Positions 40,325 to 49,999 of a DNA stretch of 64,000 nt are shown here, one piece after another. Positions within the stretch are counted from its first letter, which is position 1. Each line of letters opens with the position of its first letter. The notes beneath the pieces were generated by a model that worked only from the letters and a program-made list of their open reading frames with translations, was not told the DNA's origin and made no database searches. Origin of the DNA: Chloroflexota bacterium. Its GTDB lineage: Bacteria; Chloroflexota; Dehalococcoidia; SM23-28-2; RBG-16-64-32. The stretch lies in assembly GCA_037441345.1 (NCBI GenBank), contig JBBISJ010000010.1:2549-66548 (forward strand), written 5' to 3'. A program made the position numbers and the translations under genes.

Positions 40325-40349
40325 CGGCGCGGCCGCCGGTCGCCCCTAC
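40325..40349. repeat. GTAG-type REP
   Basis: Minus strand GTAGGGGCGACCGGCGGCCGCGCC. Confidence 0.55.
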
Positions 40350-40612
40350 TCGACCTGGCTGACTTCCTTCTCGCCGCCCATGAGGAAGGACGGGACCAGG
40401 AGTGCCGCCGCCGGAATCACGAGCGAGAGGACAAGGATGGGAACCCAGGGCAGGTCCTTTGATTCGCCTTCGGGCGCATCTTCCTTGACGGCGAGGCGCT
40501 CTGCTGCCGGTTGAGGCGGAAGCGCTTCCGCAGACGCGCCGCCTGCCGGTACGTACGCGGTGATCGCCACGAGGAGGACCAGTGCGGTTGTGATGGCTGC
40601 CAGGACCTTCAT
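40346..40612 (-). CDS. Small membrane protein
   Basis: Signal-like N-terminus and a C-terminal TM helix; ATGA overlap with sucC. Confidence 0.65.
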   Translation of the reverse strand: MKVLAAITTALVLLVAITAYVPAGGASAEALPPQPAAERLAVKEDAPEGESKDLPWVPILVLSLVIPAAALLVPSFLMGGEKEVSQVE

Positions 40613-41769
40613 CTTGCTGCCTCCACTGCCTTGCGCGCCGCCTCGCCGAGGTCGGTGGCGCGGATGAGGTCGAGGCCGGACTCCTTGAGCAGGCGCTCGC
40701 CCTCTTCCACGTTAGTGCCAACGAGGCGGGCGACGATCGGCATCTTGATGTTGAGCTGCTTCTGACCGTCGATGATCCCCTGCGCGATGACGTCCACCCG
40801 CGCCATGCCGCCGAAGATGTTCACCAGGATCGCCTTCGCGTCGGGGTCCTCGGTGATGATGCGGAGCGAGGCGACGACGCGCTCCGGGTCGTTGACGGTG
40901 CCGATGTCGAGGAAGTTTGCCGGGTCCCCCCCGGCCAGCTTGATCGCGTCCATCGTCGCCATCGCCAGCCCCGCGCCGTTCACGATGCAGCCGATGTTGC
41001 CCGTCAGCTTCACGTAGTTGCCGACGCCCGACTCCTGCGCCTGGACCTCCAGCGGGTCCTCTTCGTCGATGTCGCGCATCTCTGCCACGTCCTTGTGACG
41101 GTAGAGGGCGTTGTCGTCGAAGTTGAGCTTGGCGTCCGCGGCCAGCACGCGCCCGTCCTTGGTCACGACAAGTGGGTTGATCTCGGCGAGCGAGCAGTCC
41201 ATCTCGTCGAACACCCTGTACAGACCGGCGATCAAGGTTGCCGCCGGGCGCATCAGATCGCCGCCCAGGCCGATCTCCATCGCCAGCTGGCGGCCCTGGA
41301 AAGGCTGGAAGCCGACGGTTGGGTCAACGGGCGTGCGCTTGATCGCCTCCGGGTTGCGGGCGGCCACTTCCTCGATCTCGACGCCGCCTTCCGCCGAGGC
41401 CATGACGATCGGGAGGCCGATGGAGTTGTCGATGACGACGCTGACGTATAGTTCGCGGTCGACCTGGATCGCCTCCTCCACCAACACCTTCTTCACGAGC
41501 TTGCCCCCCGGCCCGGTCTGGTGCGTGACGAGGTTCATGCCGAGGATCGCCTTCGCGGCCTCGCGCGCCTCCTCCGGCGTGTTGGCGAGCTTGATGCCGC
41601 CGCCCTTGCCGCGGCCGCCGGCGTGGATCTGCGCCTTGACAACGACGGGCCCGCCGATCTCGCGGGCGATTTCGGCGGCTTCATCGGCGCGGTCGGTGAC
41701 GCGGCCCTTAGGGACGGCCGCGCCGTACCTCGCGAGGACCTGTTTCGCCTGATACTCGTGGACCTTCAT
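40609..41769 (-). CDS. sucC: Succinyl-CoA synthetase beta subunit
   Basis: MKVHEYQAK, KAQIHAGGRGKGGG, EINPL, NGAGLAMATMD, VNIFGG. Confidence 0.95.
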   Translation of the reverse strand: MKVHEYQAKQVLARYGAAVPKGRVTDRADEAAEIAREIGGPVVVKAQIHAGGRGKGGGIKLANTPEEAREAAKAILGMNLVTHQTGPGGKLVKKVLVEEAIQVDRELYVSVVIDNSIGLPIVMASAEGGVEIEEVAARNPEAIKRTPVDPTVGFQPFQGRQLAMEIGLGGDLMRPAATLIAGLYRVFDEMDCSLAEINPLVVTKDGRVLAADAKLNFDDNALYRHKDVAEMRDIDEEDPLEVQAQESGVGNYVKLTGNIGCIVNGAGLAMATMDAIKLAGGDPANFLDIGTVNDPERVVASLRIITEDPDAKAILVNIFGGMARVDVIAQGIIDGQKQLNIKMPIVARLVGTNVEEGERLLKESGLDLIRATDLGEAARKAVEAAR

Positions 41770-41787
41770 GGGATTTCCTTTCGGGCG

Positions 41788-42294
41788 TTAACCCTTGACC
41801 TCGTAGTACCTCGTCTGCGGCGGCTCTGCGCTCTGGCACTGGATCGCCTTCGGGACGTTTTCGACGACCAGGAGCGTGCAGGTGATGTCCTGGCCGGTGA
41901 TCGGCGGGTCGATTGCGTAGACGCCGAGGCCGGCGCAGTTCGTGAGAGCCGTCGTGGGGTTGTAGGCGCAGGGCTGGTAGTCGACTTCCTTGCCGGCGAA
42001 CGTCGCGAGGAACTGGTCCGCATCCTGCGGCTGGACCGCCGGGGTGCCCTCGCCGGCGACGGGGGGCGCCGTCGGGACACCACTGGCGGTCCCGGGTGTC
42101 TGGCTGCCTCCGGCGGGTGGCGTCTCCTTCAGCGGCGACGCGGTGGGCGAGCCGTCGCTTGAGGGCTGCGCTGTTCCTGTGACCGTGCCACCGCCGGTGG
42201 GTGTACCCGAATCCGCGTCGTCATCGCCGCCACAGGCGGCAACAGTGGCCATCAAGGCCAGCGCGAGAAGGGCGGCGACAAGCGAGCGTGGCAT
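41788..42294 (-). CDS. Hypothetical lipoprotein
   Basis: VAAC lipobox, Thr/Pro linker, four-Cys domain. Confidence 0.75.
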   Translation of the reverse strand: MPRSLVAALLALALMATVAACGGDDDADSGTPTGGGTVTGTAQPSSDGSPTASPLKETPPAGGSQTPGTASGVPTAPPVAGEGTPAVQPQDADQFLATFAGKEVDYQPCAYNPTTALTNCAGLGVYAIDPPITGQDITCTLLVVENVPKAIQCQSAEPPQTRYYEVKG

Positions 42295-42356
42295 CCCGAA
42301 TCAGTCTATGAGAACGGCAGGGAGCGAACAACAGAGCGTTCGGCACACTCTACGGT

Positions 42357-43712
42357 TCAGGTGAGCTCGCCGACGAGGATCGTCGCGAACCCCAGGAGGA
42401 ACAGGAAGCCGAGGATGTCGGTGAACGTGCTGAGGAACACTCCCGAAGCTACCGCCGGGTCGAGCTTCAGGACGCGCAGTCCGAGGGGGATGAAGACGCC
42501 GAAAATGCCGGCGACGACCATGTTGAGCAGCATAGCGCCCCCGACGACGACGCCCCAGGCCCACTCTCCCTGCCAGGCCATCGCGATCAGGCCAACAATC
42601 ACGCCGAAGAGCACGCCGCGGATAACGCCGAGCGCAAGCTCTTTGCCGAGCACGCGCCAGGCGTCGCCAGCCTCCACTTCACCGAGGGCGATGCTGCGGA
42701 CGACGATGGTGACCGTCTGGACGCCGGCGTTGCCGCCCTGGCCGGCGATGATCGGCATGAAGATGGCGAGCGCGGCGACCTTCTCGATCGTGCCCTCGAA
42801 GATCGCGACCATCCCCGCGGCGGCGAACGCGGTCACGAGGTTGAGCGTGAGCCAGGGGATGCGGCGGCGGGCGGAGACCGAGACGGGCGCGTGGATGCTG
42901 TCGTCGGCGGGGAGTCCGGCGAGGCGGAACATGTCCTCCGTGGCCTCCTCCTGGATGACGTCGATGACGTCGTCGGAGGTGATGATCCCCTGGAGGACGC
43001 CGTCCTCATCCACCACCGGCAACGAGCGCAGCCGGTAGTGCTGGAGCAGCCGCGCCGCCTCTTCCTGGTCTTCCTGGGGCGGCACGGAGACGACCTCCGA
43101 GGCCATGACGTCTTCGAGGCGAGCCGTGGGGTCGGAAACGATGAGCTGCCGGAGGCTGACGATGCCCTGGAGGCGGTTCAGGCCGTCGAGGACGTAAAGG
43201 TAGTAGGACTCCTCGGCTACGGGCTTGGTGGCCCGGAGGAAGGCCATCGCCTCCTCGGCGGTCATGTCCTTGTGCAGCGCGACATAGCCGCGGGTCATGA
43301 TGCCGCCGGCGCTCTCGTCTTCGTGCTGGAGCAGGGGCATGATCTCGGTTGCCGTGCGCATCTGCGAGAGCGCAAGCACTGCCTCGGCGGGCGGCATCTC
43401 GCGCAGGATGTCGACGGCGATGTCGTTCTCCATCTGGTCCAGCACCTTGGCCAGGGTGGCACGCGGCATCTCTTTCACGACATCCTCGCGCACGTCTTCG
43501 TCGAGGTGCTCCAGCAGGTCCGCCACGCCCTCGGCGGACAGGAGCGCGAGCATCGTGCGGCGCTCGTCCCCGTCCAGGCCGTCGAAGAGGTCGGCCTGGT
43601 CCGCCGGGTGGGTGGCGGCAAGGGCCTCCCGCGCGGCATCCACGTTGTCGCCGTGGAGGAGGTCGCGCAGGCGCTCTTCGGCGGTGGCGGTGGTTTCCTG
43701 CTCGGTGGTCAT
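42357..43712 (-). CDS. mgtE: Magnesium transporter MgtE
   Basis: HPADQAD, CBS pair, EEATED, GGNAGVQ, DPAVASG..STFTD. Confidence 0.96.
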   Translation of the reverse strand: MTTEQETTATAEERLRDLLHGDNVDAAREALAATHPADQADLFDGLDGDERRTMLALLSAEGVADLLEHLDEDVREDVVKEMPRATLAKVLDQMENDIAVDILREMPPAEAVLALSQMRTATEIMPLLQHEDESAGGIMTRGYVALHKDMTAEEAMAFLRATKPVAEESYYLYVLDGLNRLQGIVSLRQLIVSDPTARLEDVMASEVVSVPPQEDQEEAARLLQHYRLRSLPVVDEDGVLQGIITSDDVIDVIQEEATEDMFRLAGLPADDSIHAPVSVSARRRIPWLTLNLVTAFAAAGMVAIFEGTIEKVAALAIFMPIIAGQGGNAGVQTVTIVVRSIALGEVEAGDAWRVLGKELALGVIRGVLFGVIVGLIAMAWQGEWAWGVVVGGAMLLNMVVAGIFGVFIPLGLRVLKLDPAVASGVFLSTFTDILGFLFLLGFATILVGELT

Positions 43713-43729
43713 GGTGAGTCCCTGGAGGG

Positions 43730-43800
43730 GAGCAATGGAACAGTCGAACAATGGAACGGCGGACATCTGTTCCATTGCTCGATTGTTCAATTGTTCTAAC
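43730..43800. repeat. 8-nt periodic repeat with inverted halves
   Basis: GAGCAATG GAACAGTC GAACAATG GAAC ... GTTCCATT GCTCGATT GTTCAATT GTTC; perfect 14-bp IR 43730-43743/43767-43780. Confidence 0.75.
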
Positions 43801-43904
43801 GCTGTTGCGCCCGCTGGCGCATTGCCGCACTTACCTTAATCGCGGCAAAGTTGGGCGGTCAATGCGAGTTTCGGAGGCGGAGGGGTGCGATATACTCAGA
43901 ATGC

Positions 43905-43981
43905 GCCCCTGTAGCTCAATTGGACAGAGCGTCTGACTTCGGATCAGAAGGTTCCGGGTTCGAGTCCTGGCGGGGGCGCCA
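43905..43981 (+). tRNA. tRNA-Arg(TCG)
   Basis: GCCCCTG/CGGGGGC stem, TCTGA-CT-TCG-GA-TCAGA, GGTTCGAGTCC, CCA; TATACT box upstream. Confidence 0.97.
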
Positions 43982-44036
43982 GGAGCGAGCTTGAACAAGA
44001 AAGCGGCGTTGCCGCCGCTCCAGTCCGTCGCGAATA

Positions 44037-44113
44037 TGGGGTGGACGATGGGATTTGAACCCACGATCTTCAGGGCCACAACCTGACGTGTTAACCGCTA
44101 CACTACGCCCACC
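44037..44113 (-). tRNA. tRNA-His(GTG)
   Basis: Minus strand G-GTGGGCG...TCAGG-TT-GTG-GC-CCTGA...GGTTCAAATCC...CGTCCAC-C-CCA, with G-1:C73. Confidence 0.97.
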
Positions 44114-44264
44114 GCGGGTGTGTTCCGGGCCCTGCGGGCCTATTTCAGATTAGCAGCGGCGCGCTGGGCCGGTCAACGCGACGCGCCTCCCCAGGGCCCT
44201 GGGCCACGTGTGCGGGAGGTTGCTCAGGGCTGGGGCCCGAGCCCACGGGTGCCAGGAGTAGGCC

Positions 44265-45182
44265 TCAGGGTGACGGGGACGGGACGTAGGGCTGCAGGAT
44301 GGCGAGCTGTTCCTGGACGGCGGCCTCGGCGAGGGGCACGTAGCCGACCTCCTTCACAAGCTGACGGCTGTTGCGCAGGTAGAAGGCGAGGAAGGCGGCG
44401 ATCTCCGGCTCGTCTCGCAGGTACTGCTCGGCCGTGTAGATGAGGAGGGGGCGGCTGAGGGCGTATTCGCCGGCCGCGGCCGCTTCCTGGGAGGGCTCGA
44501 CGCAGCCGTCGCCGGCGTCGATGGCCACGGCCTTGAGGTCGTCGCCGGCCTCCTGGTAGTAGGCGAAGCCGAAATACGAGATGGCATCCTCGTCCGCGCT
44601 CACGCCGAGCGTGAGAACGTTGTCGTCCTCTGACGAGGTGCCGTCCGAGCGGTGGCCGGCATCCTTCCCGATCACCGCCTCGACGAAGTAGTCGAACGTA
44701 CCGGAGTCGGTGCCGGGGTAGTAGGCGTGGATCCGGCGGTCCGGCCACTCCGGGCGGACGTCGCGCCAGGTCTGCGCGCCGCCGTCGCGGAAGATCTCGA
44801 GCAACTCCTCCATCGTCAGACATTCAACGAAATCGTTCATTGGATTGACGGTGACGGTCAGCGCGTCGACCGCGACCTGCACGTCGAGGATGCCGGTGAT
44901 GTTGGCCGCCGCGCAGGCCTCCTTCTCCGCGTCCTTGATCGGCCGGGAGGCGTCGGCGGCGTCAATGTCGCCGCGGCAGAACTTCTCGAAGCCGCCGCCC
45001 GTCCCGGAGAAGCCGATGTTGATGCGTGTCTTCGATTCCTTCGCGTACTCCTCGGCCGCGGCGGCGGTGATTGGGTAGACGGTGGAGGAGCCGTCGATGG
45101 AGACGGACTTGAACTCGCGCCCGCAAGCTGCGGCGAGGAGGGCGATGGCCGCGAAAGCGGCGGAAAGGCGCGCGGTGCGCAT
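44265..45182 (-). CDS. pstS: Phosphate ABC transporter substrate-binding lipoprotein
   Basis: AAAC lipobox, IDGSSTVYP, SGTGGGFEKFC, DSGTFDYF, LSRPLLIY. Confidence 0.93.
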   Translation of the reverse strand: MRTARLSAAFAAIALLAAACGREFKSVSIDGSSTVYPITAAAAEEYAKESKTRINIGFSGTGGGFEKFCRGDIDAADASRPIKDAEKEACAAANITGILDVQVAVDALTVTVNPMNDFVECLTMEELLEIFRDGGAQTWRDVRPEWPDRRIHAYYPGTDSGTFDYFVEAVIGKDAGHRSDGTSSEDDNVLTLGVSADEDAISYFGFAYYQEAGDDLKAVAIDAGDGCVEPSQEAAAAGEYALSRPLLIYTAEQYLRDEPEIAAFLAFYLRNSRQLVKEVGYVPLAEAAVQEQLAILQPYVPSPSP

Positions 45183-45265
45183 CACGGCCATTGTAGGAGG
45201 CGCCGGGGTTATGGTCAGGCCGTCGCGCCTGACCCTCGGGGGCTGCTCTGCTACGATTACGTGCA

Positions 45266-46240
45266 ATGGCCACGGACTTCGACCCGTATCGCATCCTGGA
45301 GGTCCCGCCCCGGGCGGACCAGGAGGAGATCGAACGGGCGTACGAGCGGCTGGCGGCTTCTCCCGGCGGCGTGCTGAGCGATGAAGGCCGGCGGGCGGTG
45401 GAGACGGCGTACCTGATCCTGCGCGACCCGGAGCAGCGCCGTGCCTACGACGAGCGGCGGGCGGAGGCGCTTACACGGGGCGCAGCGATTGCGCCCCAGG
45501 ACGCGGAGACCCTTCTATACCCGGAGCGAAGCCGTGACCGAACGCCATGGGGCGTGGCCGACATGCTGAAGGCAATCGTGGTTATCGTGGCCGGGCTGTT
45601 CATATCCGGAATCCCCCTCATCGTGATTGCCGACGCCGTCGCGGGCGACAGGGCTATCGAGGACGACCCGACCGCCTGGGCGATCGTGCTCGGCGCGAAT
45701 TTCGCGGTCGAGGCGCTGTTCGTCGGTACGGCCTACTGGTTCGGCGTGCGGAAGCACCGGCTGGACCTGGGGGCGCTGGGGTTACGCCGCCCGCGCCGGG
45801 GCGGCGTGCTGATGGTGTGCGGGCTGATCGTGGCAACGTTCGCGACGATCATGGCGTGGAGCGCGCTGCTGGCGGCGTTCGGCATTCAGCCGGACACAGA
45901 CCTGCCGGACCAGACCTACACGGACTGGCGGCCGGTGCTGGCGCTCGTAATCCTCTCGGTCTTCCTCGCGCCGCTGGGGGAGGAGATATTCTTCCGCGGC
46001 TTTGTCTTCGGGGGCCTGCGCGGGCGCTGGGGTGGGGTGCTGGCGGCGTTCGCGAGCGGATGCCTCTTCGCCGCGGCGCACATCGGCAATCCGGGCTACA
46101 TCGTCGTGTTGCCGGGGATCGCGGGTATCGGGATGCTCTTCGCCTGGGCCTACGCGTACTCGGGCTCCCTGGCGCCGTCCATCATCGCTCACTTCGTCTT
46201 CAACTCGGTCAGCGTCATCTACAGCGTCGCCACCACATGA
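45266..46240 (+). CDS. J-like domain fused to a CPBP (CAAX protease II/Abi family) intramembrane metalloprotease
   Basis: DPYRILEV...AYLILRDPEQRRAYD; EEIFFRG, FAAAH, AHFVFN. Confidence 0.87.
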   Translation: MATDFDPYRILEVPPRADQEEIERAYERLAASPGGVLSDEGRRAVETAYLILRDPEQRRAYDERRAEALTRGAAIAPQDAETLLYPERSRDRTPWGVADMLKAIVVIVAGLFISGIPLIVIADAVAGDRAIEDDPTAWAIVLGANFAVEALFVGTAYWFGVRKHRLDLGALGLRRPRRGGVLMVCGLIVATFATIMAWSALLAAFGIQPDTDLPDQTYTDWRPVLALVILSVFLAPLGEEIFFRGFVFGGLRGRWGGVLAAFASGCLFAAAHIGNPGYIVVLPGIAGIGMLFAWAYAYSGSLAPSIIAHFVFNSVSVIYSVATT

Positions 46241-47043
46241 GCGGGCGCATCGAAGCGACGTTCGAGCGCCTGCAGCGAAAAGGCCGCACCGGCTTCCTTG
46301 CCTTTCTGACGGTGGGTTACCCGGACGCGAAGTCCACACCGGGGCTGGCGCGCGCGCTGGCCGCTGGCGGGGCCGACATCATCGAGCTGGGCATCCCGTT
46401 CTCCGACCCGCTGGCGGAAGGGCCGACGATCCAGGCGGCGTCGTTCAAAGCGCTGGAGAGGGGCGTTACGGTGGAGACGTGCCTCGGAGTGGTTCGGGAG
46501 TTGCGCGGGAGCGGGTTCGAGGCGCCGGTCGTGTTCATGGGCTACTACAACCCGATCCTGGCGTACGGAGTAGAGGAGTTCGCCCGGGACGCGGCGGCGG
46601 CGGGCGCGGACGGGGTCATCCCGGTGGACCTGCCGCCCGAGGAGTCGGGCGCGCTGGAGGCCGCCTGCCGGAAGCACGGTCTGCGGCTGATCTACCTGCT
46701 GGCGCCGACGAGCACGGACGAGCGTATCCAGGCCGTGGCGGAGCGCGCATCGGGCTTTATCTACTGCGTTTCCCTGACCGGCGTGACGGGGGCGCGGTCG
46801 GAGTTGCCGCCGGGTCTCGACGAGTTCGTTAGACGTGTCCGTAAGTACACAAACTTGCCAGTGGCGGTAGGATTTGGTATATCTCGACCTGAGCATTTCA
46901 GTGCTGTTGGGCGGATCGCGGACGCCGCGGCCATCGGCAGTGCGATTATCGACGAGATCACGAGATCAGATCCAAACGAGCGAGAGGCGAGGCTTAAAGA
47001 TTATGCGGAGGTGGTCACCGGCCGGCGGGGAGCTGCTGCGTAA
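46237..47043 (+). CDS. trpA: Tryptophan synthase alpha chain
   Basis: IELGIPFSDPLAEGPTIQ, MGYYNP, DLPPEE, GVTG, VGFGIS. Confidence 0.97.
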   Translation: MSGRIEATFERLQRKGRTGFLAFLTVGYPDAKSTPGLARALAAGGADIIELGIPFSDPLAEGPTIQAASFKALERGVTVETCLGVVRELRGSGFEAPVVFMGYYNPILAYGVEEFARDAAAAGADGVIPVDLPPEESGALEAACRKHGLRLIYLLAPTSTDERIQAVAERASGFIYCVSLTGVTGARSELPPGLDEFVRRVRKYTNLPVAVGFGISRPEHFSAVGRIADAAAIGSAIIDEITRSDPNEREARLKDYAEVVTGRRGAAA

Positions 47044-47173
47044 GGCCGCTCGGGTTTGCCATGAGGCGAGCTCCGTCGGCCGTGTATATCGTGGTGTTTC
47101 CCGGGCCGGTATCTTTGGCCCCCGCTAGGCTGCCGGAGCGGCTTCTGCGCCACTGGCGAAAGAACCACTAGGC

Positions 47174-47542
47174 ATGCTGGTCAGAGGGATCCGGGGCGCG
47201 ACCACCATCGAGTCGAACACCGTCGAGGCGATCCTCGAAGGGACACGGGAACTCCTCGACGCGATGCTCAGAGTCAACGAGATCGATGTCGAATCCGTCG
47301 CCTCGGCTATCTTCACCACCACCACGGACCTCAATGCCGAGTTTCCAGCCGTTGCAGCCAGGGACATGGGATGGGCCAACATCGCGCTCATGTGCGGGCA
47401 CGAGATGAACAAACCGGGTGGCCTTCCGATGTGCCTCCGCATCCTCCTCCACGTGAACACGGAGAAAGCCTCGCGGGAGATGCGGCACGTGTACCTGCGC
47501 GGCGCCAGGGTGCTCCGGCCCGATATCGACGACGGTAACTAA
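47174..47542 (+). CDS. aroH: Chorismate mutase, AroH class
   Basis: [34 protein letters not shown]. Confidence 0.95.
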   Translation: MLVRGIRGATTIESNTVEAILEGTRELLDAMLRVNEIDVESVASAIFTTTTDLNAEFPAVAARDMGWANIALMCGHEMNKPGGLPMCLRILLHVNTEKASREMRHVYLRGARVLRPDIDDGN

Positions 47543-47583
47543 TCGGGACCTGCGGGGTTCCAGTAACTGAGAGGAAAGCAATC

Positions 47584-48645
47584 ATGATTGTAGTAATGAA
47601 GACGGGCGCAACCGAGGAGCAGGTCCTCAACGTCCAGAAGACGATCCGCGAGCTGGGATTCAAGGACCACCGCATCCACGGCGAGGAACGGGTTGTCGTG
47701 GCGGTACTCGGGCACATCTACCCGGAGCTCCAGGACGAGCTGGGCGTCATTGACGGTGTTGACAGCGTCGTCCGGATCAGCAAGCCGTTCAAGCTGGCCA
47801 GCCGCGACGTGCAGCCGCACGACACCGTGGTGCGCGTCGGCAACCTCAAGATCGGCGACGGCAGCGTCGTGCTGATGGGCGGGCCGTGCTCGGTGGACAG
47901 CGAAGAGAACGTGATAGAGGCGGCGCGCGCGGTGAAGGCCGCGGGCGGTCACGTCCTGCGCGGCGGCGCCTTCAAGCCGCGCAGCAGCCCCTACGCCTTC
48001 CGCGGTCACGGGGAGAAGGCGCTGCATATCCTGGCCGCGGCCCGCGAAGAGACGGGGCTGCCGATCATCACCGAGGTGATGGACGCCCGCGATGTTGACC
48101 TGGTGGCGAAGCACGCGGACATCCTGCAGATCGGCGCGAGGAACATGCAGAACTTCACCCTGCTGGACGAAGTCGGCCGATCCGGCCGGCCCGTGATGCT
48201 GAAGCGCGGCCTCTCCGGCACGATCGAGGAGTGGCTGCTGGCGGCGGAGTACGTGCTTTCGCACGGCAACCGCGACGTGATCCTGTGCGAGCGTGGCATT
48301 CGCACGTTCGAACCGGCGACGCGGAACACGTTCGACGTGAACGCCATCCCGCTGGTCAAGAAGCTTTCGCACCTGCCGGTCATCGGCGACCCCAGCCACG
48401 CCACGGGAAAGTGGTACCTGGTGGAGCCGGTGGGCGTGGCGGCGATCGCGGCCGGGGCCGACGGACTGCTGATCGAGATGCACCCGAACCCGGACCACGC
48501 GCTGTCGGACGGCGCCCAGTCGCTGACGCCGGAGAACTTCGCGAAGCTCTCGAGCAAAGTGGCGAAGGTAGCCGGCGCTCTCGGCCGGCCGATGGCGCAA
48601 CAGGCGGAACTGGACGCGGCGCAGGAGCAGCGCAAGGCGAGCTAA
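47584..48645 (+). CDS. aroF: DAHP synthase type I-beta with N-terminal regulatory domain
   Basis: [49 protein letters not shown]. Confidence 0.95.
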   Translation: MIVVMKTGATEEQVLNVQKTIRELGFKDHRIHGEERVVVAVLGHIYPELQDELGVIDGVDSVVRISKPFKLASRDVQPHDTVVRVGNLKIGDGSVVLMGGPCSVDSEENVIEAARAVKAAGGHVLRGGAFKPRSSPYAFRGHGEKALHILAAAREETGLPIITEVMDARDVDLVAKHADILQIGARNMQNFTLLDEVGRSGRPVMLKRGLSGTIEEWLLAAEYVLSHGNRDVILCERGIRTFEPATRNTFDVNAIPLVKKLSHLPVIGDPSHATGKWYLVEPVGVAAIAAGADGLLIEMHPNPDHALSDGAQSLTPENFAKLSSKVAKVAGALGRPMAQQAELDAAQEQRKAS

Positions 48646-48661
48646 GAGAGCGACAGCGTTA

Positions 48662-49435
48662 TCAGGGGGCGGCCGGTAGGCCGCCCCTTCTGGCTTTTTC
48701 CGGTTGTTTCGCTGCGGCCACGTCCCGCAGCCGCTGCACCTCGTCCGCCGTTAGCGGGCGGACCTCACCGCGCTTCATGCCGCGAATGGAGATGCGGGCG
48801 AAGCTCTCGCGGCGAAGCTTGCGGACCGGGTGGCCGATGGCGAGCAGCATCCGGCGCACGAGACGGTTGCGGCCTTCCGTCACCGTGATTTCGAGGCGCG
48901 CACCGGTCTTTCCGGCTGCGATGAGCCGCGCGCGGGCAGGGGCGGTGCGACCGTCTTCCAGGTCGACCCCCTTCGCGATGGCGCGGATGTCGGCGGTGTC
49001 CGGCACACCCTCGACGGCGGCTACGTAACGTTTGGGCACGCCGCTTGAAGGGTGGGTCAGCCGGTGGGCGAGCCGGCCATCGTTGGTAAGGAGAAGCGCA
49101 CCCTCCGAGTCGTAGTCGAGCCGGCCGACAGGCTCCACGCGGACGGGTAAGCCAGCCGCCAGGTCCAGGACGCTCCGGCGGCCCTGCGGATCGGCGCGGC
49201 CGGTGATGTAGCCGCGTGGCTTGTACACCAGGTAGTAGACGTGTGGTGGCCTGGCGGGAAGCGGCCTGCCGTCCACGGCGACCTTGTCCCGCGCCGGGTC
49301 GACGGGCGTGGTGACCACGGCGACGGCGCCGTTCACCGTGACACGGCCGGCGGCGATCATCTCCTCCGCCGCGCGGCGCGAGGCGATGCCGCGTTCGGCG
49401 AGGAGTTTGGCGAGGCGAACGGTGGTGGAGGCCAT
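48662..49435 (-). CDS. RsuA/RluB family pseudouridine synthase
   Basis: S4 domain (ASRRAAEEMI..GRVTVNG), KPRG, VGRLDYDSEG, EGRNRLVRRM. Confidence 0.93.
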   Translation of the reverse strand: MASTTVRLAKLLAERGIASRRAAEEMIAAGRVTVNGAVAVVTTPVDPARDKVAVDGRPLPARPPHVYYLVYKPRGYITGRADPQGRRSVLDLAAGLPVRVEPVGRLDYDSEGALLLTNDGRLAHRLTHPSSGVPKRYVAAVEGVPDTADIRAIAKGVDLEDGRTAPARARLIAAGKTGARLEITVTEGRNRLVRRMLLAIGHPVRKLRRESFARISIRGMKRGEVRPLTADEVQRLRDVAAAKQPEKARRGGLPAAP

Positions 49436-49477
49436 GGGTCAATTGAACAACAAAGCAACCGGGCAGTAGAACAATCC

Positions 49478-49548
49478 GTAGTCGCAGACCTTCAGGTCTG
49501 CCCACCTGGTATGTCGTCGCCCGGGCAGGTCTAAAGACCTGCAGCTGC
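49478..49548. repeat. REP doublet (REPIN-like)
   Basis: GTAGTC-GCAGACC-TTCA-GGTCTGC and an inverted partner GCAGGTC-TAAA-GACCTGC. Confidence 0.65.
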
Positions 49549-49551
49549 GGG

Positions 49552-49953
49552 CTACTCTTCACCCTCCTGCTCCATCAGCAGCTCCACGACCTTCGCGATG
49601 GCGTTGCTGGCGTAGATGATGTAGTCCCGGGGGTGCAGGTGCAGCGGCTCGAGCTTCTCTTCGCGCAGGGCCACGGGGTCGGCGATCTCCAGGTCAAAGG
49701 CCGGGATGTCCGCACCCATCTTCAGTTCATGGAACTCGCCGTCCTCGCCGAGGACAACGCAACCGCGTTCCGGCGATTCCAGCCCCGGGGCCTCGATCTC
49801 GATGCCGTAGGAGAAGAAGGCGCCGGGGAACGGCGGGAACGGATCGAGGCGCTCGACGGCCTCGTGGAGCACGGTGCGCAGGCGCTCGGCGGCGCGCTCG
49901 AGGATCGCGTCGGCGTCGTACTTGAGTTCGAGGGGGTCGTCGCGCCTTCCCAT
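49552..49953 (-). CDS. Hypothetical protein
   Basis: Acidic 133-aa ORF with typical codon usage; TACTTT box 6 nt upstream. Confidence 0.75.
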   Translation of the reverse strand: MGRRDDPLELKYDADAILERAAERLRTVLHEAVERLDPFPPFPGAFFSYGIEIEAPGLESPERGCVVLGEDGEFHELKMGADIPAFDLEIADPVALREEKLEPLHLHPRDYIIYASNAIAKVVELLMEQEGEE

Positions 49954-49999
49954 GTGAATAAAGTAAGAAGTGACTTCCTAATCGTGCTAAAATCTGGTC

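Noticed and set aside
43730-43800. Possible CRISPR array
   Set aside because: Units are 8 nt with no 25-45-nt repeats or unique spacers; no cas genes in the window.
39073-44113. tRNA-anchored genomic island or prophage
   Set aside because: No integrase, no duplicated tRNA 3' end noticed, and the flanking genes are host-like.
47044-47173. T-box or attenuator before aroH-aroF
   Set aside because: No T-box consensus, leader peptide or terminator visible.
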